Positions 54,894 through 64,000 of a stretch of 64,000 nucleotides of DNA are shown in pieces. A program made the translations under genes and the position numbers. This DNA comes from Octopus vulgaris (Eukaryota). The notes below the pieces were generated by a model, which saw only the letters and a list, made by a program, of their open reading frames with translations, was not told the origin of the DNA and searched no databases. The stretch is taken from contig OX597829.1 in assembly GCA_951406725.2 (NCBI GenBank), forward strand, positions 9,362,001 to 9,426,000, in the 5' to 3' direction. Each line of letters opens with the position of its first letter. Position 1 is the stretch's first letter.

Positions 54894-55177
54894 AACGTAA
54901 GGGGTATCAGCCATCTGAATGTGGCTAGCCACTGGGGGGGGGGGGGGTGTTACTGATGCTTACCATGCGTTGACGAGAGGCAATTACCTTGAAACTATAG
55001 TCCGTATGTAGTACTCGGGTCTTCGAGGGAGGATGACCTCCCTTTGCAAGTAACACAAGGACACTGAGATAGTGTCTAAAGTCCTTCTGGTGACGTTGAT
55101 CGCCTGGGGCTAAAAGCATCAGTAACACCCCCCCCCCAGTGGCTAGCCACATTCAGATGGCTGATACCCCTTACGTT
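54894..55177. mobile_element. Small inverted-repeat element carrying a hammerhead-like motif
   Basis: Arms AACGTAAGGGGTATCAGCCATCTGAATGTGGCTAGCCACTG(G)nTGTTACTGATGCTT and its reverse complement; inserted in (TA)n. Confidence 0.75.
54964..55008 (+). ncRNA. Minimal type I hammerhead-like motif (UUGACGA core, palindromic stem III)
   Basis: CATGCG-TTGACGA-GAGG CAATTA CCTT-GAAA-CTATAG-TC-CGTATG; GUC cleavage triplet. Confidence 0.7.
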
Positions 55178-55217
55178 GTCGAGCGGTTACTGTTTATATC
55201 TCGTTCAGAGATTTATT

Positions 55218-55253
<36 letters not shown>

Positions 55254-56267
55254 TTATTTGAGGGAATAAAATCCAAACTTACAAGGATTTTATATATATA
55301 TAATGATATGTATTTAGGGTGTTTATGAGTGTGTAAAGAAACAGAAGTAAAAATTTTAATATATAAAATCTGATCGCTGTTTCCAATATACGACTTTTGT
55401 GCAAAGATTAAATCTTCCGTCTAGGTACGATTGGGATTTCAAATTAAACGCTCTATACTAACAGAGAATTCAATATGTATTAGGATTTATTCCGTCTGAA
55501 AGCAATATTTATTTAATTTCACAGTATTATTCAAGATATAATTTCATATATAAGCCCTGAAATTATTTATGCAAAATATTTTACAAAACTTAAGGGGAAC
55601 AAAGATTTTACGTGCCTCTTTTATCTGAATTGAGCTCAAAATCGACAGATCAATTCTCGACAGATCTACTAAAGTAACACGTAGTCAACAAGCAGAAAAT
55701 TTCACATCGTAAATTTTCTCACTGTTCTATAATGATATGTTTACAGACGCGCATATACGCACAAATACGTATAAAGCACAAACAAACACTCACACACACA
55801 CACACACACTCAGGTTCATACGGACTTGCATATAAACCCGCAATACAGTGCATGCACTCATGCACTCACATATATATGGATATATACACATCTATACATA
55901 CACTCACATATCTGAAAGAATAATTATGAAGTAGTTTTAATTCGTGAGAATTGCATTTTTTAAAATTACTTTCCATTCCATTTACTCTGGTTGAGTTGTC
56001 TTTCATACATTCACCTGGAAACCGTTAATTCATATACTACAAGACATCACGATATCGAAAACTGCAACAATCGTCAAAGCTTTCTTAAGATCTACAGGTT
56101 GGCGGTGGAATCAGGGATTGCGGAATCAACAAGATCTTCGGAATATTTAATGGATGACGGTAAAATGAAAACATTTTGCTTTCACAGCGTTGCCACCATG
56201 ACGGTGGCCGGTCAAAATTTAGCCTGAATGAAGAAGAGGAAATGAGCGTACATAAATACATACATTA

Positions 56268-56645
56268 TTACGTACGTACATACATACATGCATACATACG
56301 TACGTACATACATACATGCATACATACGTACGTACATACATATGTACGTACATACATACATACATACATACATACATACATACGTACATACGCGCGTAAT
56401 ACATACATGCATACATACATACAAACGTACATATATACATACATATACACGTACATACATACATACATACGTACATACATACATACACACATACATACAT
56501 GCATACATACATACATACATACGTACATGCATACATACATACATACATACGTACATAGATACATACATACGTACACACATACATACATACATACATACAT
56601 ACATACATACATACATACATACATACATACATACATACATACACA
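56268..56645. repeat. (TACA)n degenerate microsatellite
   Basis: Direct reading. Confidence 0.95.
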
Positions 56646-56982
56646 TATATGTATTTCTTTTCAATCTCATACCAGTTCCAGCTTTCGAATTGAAGTCATG
56701 TGATTGCGAAAGCGAACTGAACTTCGAAGCCATCCAGTCCCGAGAGCACACATAACATGCATGGCCGATGCTAAGTCATTGCATAAACGTGGCTTAGACA
56801 ATTTCATCAACTCATGGACTCATGTCCTTCGCTTCGTACTCACATTATTAAGTCAGTTCAATCGATTTCTATTCTTGGTTTGGTTCTCACATTATAAGTT
56901 TCGAATCTTAAAAAGCAAACATTATTTTGGAAGAATGTAAAATAAAGAAAAAAAGCAAAGTAGAATGTATATACACACACTG

Positions 56983-57115
<133 letters not shown>

Positions 57116-57769
57116 CACACTTACACACACACATGTTTATATACATACATACATACATATAGTGATATATGTATTGTTTGTGTATGTGTGTATGTGTGTT
57201 AAGTTATACCAGTATGTAAAGATTTAATGGCGATAATTTAATCCGTTTCCAACAAGTGGCTTTTGTCCAATGATTACAACCTCCGCCAACGTAGGATTCG
57301 GAGTCCAAATTAGGCATTCTATACTAACAGAGAATTCCGTCTGTCTTTGGATTTAGTGACAATAATTTCAATATTTATTTCAAATTATTAAAGATATCAT
57401 TTTATCGTTTATTCCTGCAACACACCACAAACATACACACATATTCTCGTACCCACGCATACTCATACGCACATGTGTATGTACAGGAAAACTAACACAT
57501 AAGCACATATACAGACATAGACGAATATATATACATGTATACATACACATGTAGGAGAATACTGGGAAACTAATCTTAACATCTGAAAACTGTATTTATT
57601 GCAATTATATTCCGTTTGATTGGCCTCCGTTGCTTTACTCTTAATAAGTTGTCTTTCATATAAGAAAAAAAATCCTTCATCTCTATTACAGTCCGGTGTG
57701 TAATACACCGTACTGTTCGTATAGTAATACTGTAGTATTCCGTAAATTTTCTAAAACTGACAACTTGCT

Positions 57770-58020
57770 AAATTCCTTGAGAGCATTGTTAAAACAAACT
57801 ATTAAAATATAATAATACATTATCCTTCATGCTCGAAATTACTATATATCAACTTTTAAAAGGCTAATAATACATGAATAGAAAAAAAAAAATAATAAAT
57901 TCGCTGGCGAATTGGTGGAAAGTCGAACTCGGAATCACAAATATCCTACAATTCTACGAATTTCTCCAAATAGCCTGCAGAGAATTTCGATGAAATTTTG
58001 TCTCATAAGCCTTTACACCT
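57770..58020 (-). repeat. Inverted third copy of the 52608-53615 repeat unit
   Basis: ATCAACTTTTAAAAGGCTAATAATAC, CTCGGAATCAC..ATATCCTACAA and GATGAAATTTTGTCTCATAA are reverse complements of blocks in 52830-53020. Confidence 0.85.
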
Positions 58021-58725
58021 AACCCTATCTGTATGTTCACACACGCATACACACACACATTCACATAAACATATATACAGATGCACACATGCACACACAT
58101 CAAATGCATTGTTGCCAACTGCGTGAAAATGTCTTCCAGATATTTTCTACGGTGGTCGAAACAGCCTGGAAAATGGTAACTAAAAAGCAAGGGAAGTTGA
58201 CCTTATTGAGATCGGTGAGTCAAAAGAATATTGATAGAACTTAGAGATTAAAACAGCCCCTAACTTATAACGCTCCCGGTCTGATATCGTTGTGAGGGAG
58301 CGCGATGGAATTATAGGTTATGTCCTGAAATGCATCCGCTCTCTGGAAACCATTATGTTTAGAAAAATGCAAGAGGAAGTGGATATCTGACGATCATTGA
58401 TAAACGAGTTTGCAAATCAAACACGTAGGATACACTTTCAGTTTCATGCATACTACAACTGGAGCAACTGTGTGTATACATACATAAATACATACATACG
58501 CACAGACGGTTCATCAGGGAGACTGACTGAGAAATACATGGTTAGACAGACATAGAGATAAATAGATAGAGAGACAGATAAATAGATAGATACATACATA
58601 CATGCATACATACATACATGCATACATAAGTACATGTATTAGTAGTAGATTTCGATCAAGTTTTATATATATATATATATATGAATGTATATATGTTGAT
58701 ATACATACATACACACATGCATACA

Positions 58726-58781
<56 letters not shown>

Positions 58782-58884
58782 GGAGTAAGCACATAAATGT
58801 GAAACAAGGTGGAAAATAGAGTACTCCAATACCTGAGATAGAGTAATATGCTTTATTTCAAAACAGCAGAAAATATAACAAAAG

Positions 58885-58922
58885 CTGTTACTCAGAGTTT
58901 CACGCTTCCGTTCATCGAACAG
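58885..58922 (-). ncRNA. Minimal hammerhead-like motif (UCGAUGA core), same family as 54802-54839
   Basis: Minus strand CTGT-TCGATGA-ACGGAAGCGT-GAAA-CTCtGAG-TA-ACAG. Confidence 0.6.
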
Positions 58923-58932
58923 TTTTAAATGT

Positions 58933-61795
58933 CCCACACGCGATAGCAGTCGTTCGACATAGGCTCACAGGTCGGAAATGGTTGGACACTACGAATGTGT
59001 GCAGAACAGTTTCGTCGCTCTGACCGCATCACGGGCAGGTCGGCTCCGTGTTTCTCGAGCCATGCATGTAGAGCTTATCCCGAACGGGTAGTGCTTCTCG
59101 ATAGCACTGCCAGGCCAGGGATCTCTGGAAGTTGTCCATAGGTCCCGGCCCGAAAGTCGTTTCAAACAGGCGGGTCAGGTATTCCTCGTCGACGCCCAGG
59201 TTCACCCCGAGATCGTCGTCGTCCCTCTCCTCCACTAATCCCCTTTTAGAAAGCTTTGGTTGTGTTGTAGTCGCTGAAAGTCGATCCGAGACAGCATAGT
59301 TGCTCGAGAGCAACATGACACTCGGGGTGCCGTTCGCCCTTCCTCGGCCTCTTTTTGATCCTTGACTGCAGTTCGGTCATTGAGACGAGCTGCGGGAAAG
59401 CGTGCCTCACAAAGGGCGACCACACCTGTTCACCGTCGGGAAAGCGTGTCTCGACGGTGAACATCACCGTCGCCTGAGATCTCGCAGTCTCAGCGCGTGT
59501 CTGCGCATGCCCAACCACTGCATGCCCAACCCTCATTTTAACGGGTGCTGATAGCAAATGGATCACCTGACCATTAGAACGCATCCTTTTCACAAGAGCG
59601 GAAGAGAATGCGTTCCAGTTTGGTGATGGTAGGATCGGTACAAGGCACCACGGTCAGGCGGTAGTAGACGTTGGGCGCGATGTATGTGTTCGCCACCTCC
59701 GCCCGACCTTTCAAGGACAGCTTCCTCACAGTCCATTGCGAGAGTGACCACCCTACTCGTTATCTCCTTCCAGTTTTCTCCATTTGGAGGTCCGGACCAA
59801 ACCAGACCCCGAGCAACTCGACCGGACCGTTGGTCCAGCGTCTCACGACGGAGGCGCTGGTGGTCGGTATGGGCTTGCTTCTCCAGGTACCCAGCCGCAA
59901 GCCCACTGACTTTTCCCGGTTGATTTTCGCTTCTGTCACCGCTTCGTAGTCTTTCAGTGTCTCGCCGACCAGGTCAATGTGATTGTGGCTAGACACTATG
60001 ACGGTGACGTCTTCCGCGTATGCAGACACGCTCGTCCCGCATCCCAGTTCTCGCGGGATGCCTCTCAGCGTCGCCAGGTTCCACACTGGTGGATCGAGAG
60101 TCAATACGTACAGAAGCGATGAGAGGGGGCATCCCTGGCGGACCGAACGTGCAATGTCGAAAGGTCTTGACATTGCCGCTATGAGAACAGCCTCCAATTA
60201 TCAGTGGTCTACCCAATCGAAAACTTTTGATTGATCCAAATACATCAGGGCCCCACACATGCCAGGTTCCCTAACTACCCTGTTTGTGATGTAGCGCATC
60301 AGATGGAGGTTGTCATGGATGCTCCAGCCAGGCACAGCGCACGTTTGCGCACAAAATCGGGGATGCTCCCATGTTGCTGCCAATTGCAGTACACTGGTGC
60401 CAAGACGTCTCCAGACAAGTTTAGCATACAACTTTAAAGCTCGTAGGGTAGACCATCCAAACACGGGGATTTGTCCCTCGAGCATTCTGCCATCGCGTCC
60501 TCCACTTCCGCCGCCGCGATGGCACCTTCGCAGCGCCCTGCTTCTCTTGTCGAGAGTCGTGGCAGGCTGTGTAGGTAAGCACTGAAGTCCACCCTACGTT
60601 CTTGCCCGCTACTCGTCCGGAACAGTCGGGCAAAATACTGTTGAAAAGCCTCACACATTTTACTTGACTGGAGCAATTCACGCCCCTGTTCATCTACCAG
60701 AGACCGAATGGTGGGTCTGTGGGCCTGCTGCGCCCCAACAGTGCGGCCCCAACACCTCCGTCCCTTAGAGCACGCATCCTAGCTCTGACAACACACCCTT
60801 CGTGTTTGGCTTTGAAGTGTTGGTCGAGGGCCAACCTCGCCACCAAAACGTCGGAAGCGATGCCACTCCTTATTGCCTCTTCTAGCTTCTTAACTAGCTC
60901 ATCCTCTACTCTATTTCTATCTGTGGCTAGTGCTTTGCTGTACCTAATCGCTTCTGCTTTCATTGCTCTCTTGAGAGTAAACCACCATTTGTTGTTGATG
61001 ATGGCTCTCGTGAAAGCCCTCTTTGCTAGCGTCCTAATCCGGTCTCTGAAAACTTGTCTCTTTATTGCTGACAAGGGGCTAAACATAGAGGGGATAAACA
61101 AGGTCAGACAAAGGGATTAAGTCGATTACATCCACCCCAGTACGTAACTGGTACTTAATTTATCGATCCCTAAAGGATGAAAGGCAAAGTCAAGCTCGGC
61201 GGAATTTGAACTCAGAATTTGAACCCAGCGAAAGACGTCTTTAGTTTCGAGTACCCGGGACGCTGTCTATGTGTCTTATCTAAGTCTAGCGTACACGTCA
61301 CAAGTTTGTGATCCGTGTACCTGACTATTGTGGACACCCTACGCTATCTCTATCTACAGTATCCTATCTTGTTACGATCTCGATGACCTGATGTGGTTGC
61401 TCCATGTCCACGTTGGTACATTTGGGTGGTCGAGTCGGTACCTGTCACACAATTGAAAGCATCTAAGCAGGTCTCTGAGGCATTTGTATCCCCGTCTAAT
61501 CCTATCTCTGCCCACGTAGTCTTCATGCGTGCCCAAGGTAGCATTCCAGCTCCCCACAAAAAGTAATGGGCGAGACGTTCCCAGGAAACCTATAGGCGTC
61601 GAAAGATAACCGGCCTACCTGTTAAAGGTGATGCGTAGACTGATATGAATCGAAAAGCGGGCCCTTTGCTGCCGCCGACATCCAGGACGACCAGTCTACC
61701 CTTCAGTTCTGCGAATATTGTCTTTACTTCGAGACCCAGACTCTTCAGAAAAAGTACCACCGTGCCACTACCTCTCTGCAGACAGGGAGAAAAAT
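58933..61795 (-). mobile_element. Second, older Tx1-like LINE ORF2 copy with deletions
   Basis: Collinear with 46200-48980 (VRQGCPLS, SVSAYAEDV, DNFQRSLAWQCYR, NKWWFTLK); interrupted by a SINE B. Confidence 0.9.
61061..61225 (-). mobile_element. SINE family B (5'-truncated) inserted in the Tx1 copy
   Basis: TTTATTGCTGACAAGGGGCTAAACA...GGTACTTAATTTATCGA...GGCGGAATTTGAACTCAGAA. Confidence 0.85.
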
Positions 61796-61799
61796 ATAT

Positions 61800-61960
61800 A
61801 TATTTCCTCTGTCTTCCCTTCTCTGGATCTTTCCTTCTCCTATGTTTCCGACGAAGAGCTCCGCTTGAAACGTTAAACCCTCCTTCTTTCCTTCTTTCCT
61901 GAGCGTCCAATAATAATATATTTGTTCCACGTCCTCACGTTGTGTTTTTTTGTGCTTTCA
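61800..61960 (+). mobile_element. Short pLTR-like element with degenerate hammerhead-like motif (61844-61878)
   Basis: GTTTCCG-ACGAAGA-GCTCCGCTT-GAAA-CG-TT-AAAC followed by TTTCCTGAGCG, as in the 40388-40620 family. Confidence 0.5.
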
Positions 61961-62051
61961 TGTTTGGATTAACTTTATACACACACACATACACACGCAC
62001 ACACATATACACACACACACATATATATATATATACACACACACACATATA

Positions 62052-62082
<31 letters not shown>

Positions 62083-62221
62083 GGGTTGAGTATGTTGCAT
62101 ATATGAATATACGTGTATGTATTTACGTGTATACATACGTACACACATATACACATACATATACACATGCACACTGACACATACACGCTTGCATACACAA
62201 ATATGTATAAGCGTGTATGCC

Positions 62222-62286
<65 letters not shown>

Positions 62287-62769
62287 GTGCATCTGGATGT
62301 AACGTATGAGTCTGAGATTCGCATGCCTTTCTTATAGATCATTAGCTTCCTAAGTGGATGTCATTCATGATTTTAATCGTAATCGAAACAGGTTCGATGA
62401 TATCTTTGAGCGGGACAATGGCCGCCTTACACGGACAGATAAACTCACACAGGCATTAATACTTACAGCATTGCTCACGCACAATACACCGCGCACAACG
62501 AACTCACTTACACGCTCATGTGTTTTTAAGCACGTACGTACATATGTATGTGTACAAATGTATATACACATGCATATTCATATATAGAGTGAGTGTGGGA
62601 GAGACGGAGAGATGTAGTAGATAGATTCATGGATCGATAGATAGACAAACGTTGCTTGATGAATAGATAGATAGATAGATAGATACTTAGACTGATTGAT
62701 AGAGAGATATCGGGAGAGGCGAGTCATTAATTGATTTTCTTTAATAGATACATGTTTATGTAATTACAC

Positions 62770-62845
<76 letters not shown>

Positions 62846-63067
62846 ATGTATATATAGTTTATGTATGTATATTTATAAGTATTATATGTACATATGTAGG
62901 CTCACTCTCACACAGGCATTCACGTGCGCGTGCCTTTTTTAGTTTCTTTTTTTGTATGGATTTTTTCTGGGCCTTTATGAGATTATTAACTTATACACGT
63001 AAAGCACATATAATGGCCTTTTATAGCACGGCAGAGAGCAGTAAATATAATAAACAATAGATAAACA

Positions 63068-63168
<101 letters not shown>

Positions 63169-63221
63169 AGATGATGATGATGATAACGACAACGACGAAA
63201 ACAATTGCATTAAGCGCAACA

Positions 63222-64000
63222 ATTCCTTTTATTTGCCAGAGGGGCCCAAGAGGTTGGGAACTGTACAAAGGTGAAACACAAAAGAAGCCAACAAACAAGT
63301 AACTGTGGGATTTACATCAAGTATAAGGTGAGATCAACAATTACAATCTATAAATGCATAACAATAAATAACAATAACAATGCAGGATAATAGAACCGCA
63401 AAATGTATTAAAGACCAGCCACACAGGGTGACTGGGGACAAGTTACTCACAACCCCTGAATTGCCTTGAGGCAGATGTTGCCACGATCCTACAGCCAATA
63501 AGTCAATTTATCCTCGTTTTCAACGTCATTTTCGCCAGTTTCACTCACTTTTCTTCTTAAAATTTACCAAAGAACAGTAACTCCATTCTTAACCTCACGT
63601 TCTTCTTCAATTGCTACATACAAAACATGTTGATTGCTGGCCCTGAGAAGGTAAGATCTGATCTGAACCCATTCATACACATCGCCATATAACTTTCTAT
63701 ACCCAAGCAACTAAACGACAGTCTTTCATTTTCCAAAGGAATGAGTCGGTTGATCTTCATGAGAACCTGGGCTAATAGCCGGGTCTGTACCATCCGTTTT
63801 AACAGCTACATAATATAAACTCACGCACCAGCAATACACTGATAGTGAACAAGTCTGTTACCAGATGAATTTCTCCATTGTGCGATTCTTGCAGCGGCCA
63901 TGTCGTTGCTGCTCAAGCATTGAATTGGCGGTTTTTCACGTAGCGATGCTCGGTCAAATATTTTTGGAAATACACCTTTGGAAAGTTTTCTTGCAGAAAC
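63222..64000 (-). mobile_element. Possible 3' end of another old L1/Tx1-like LINE
   Basis: AATAAA-containing end at ~63227 similar in layout to the other LINE ends; degenerate minus-strand peptides (FLWKMKD..VAW.KVIWR) loosely resemble the Tx1 C-terminus. Confidence 0.35.

Overview
Eukaryotic (metazoan) AT-rich, microsatellite-saturated intergenic or intronic DNA. The SINE repertoire and the dense (TA)n/(CA)n/(TACA)n/(TAGA)n arrays look like an octopus (coleoid cephalopod) genome; this is pattern recognition, not a database result. I found no convincing host protein-coding gene, and most of the ORF track is translated microsatellite. The window is a transposon landscape: a near-full-length degenerate RTE LINE nested in a SINE (31977-35233); Tx1/L1-clade LINE copies (45500-49560, 58933-61795, short 3' ends); Penelope-like (GIY-YIG) elements; a DD37D/maT Tc1-mariner; a mariner fragment; two Helitron pieces; a CR1-like fragment; about four tRNA-derived SINE families; and several fold-back elements. 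Three observations stand out. (1) Nine minimal hammerhead-ribozyme-like motifs from at least 4 sequence families, none with a canonical CUGANGA core, lie in Penelope pLTRs and in tiny non-coding inverted-repeat elements. (2) One SINE family shares its 3' tail with the Tx1-like LINE, whose 3' ends repeatedly abut (GATA)n arrays. (3) A degenerate tandem array reiterates CAGGTAAG splice-junction-like motifs.
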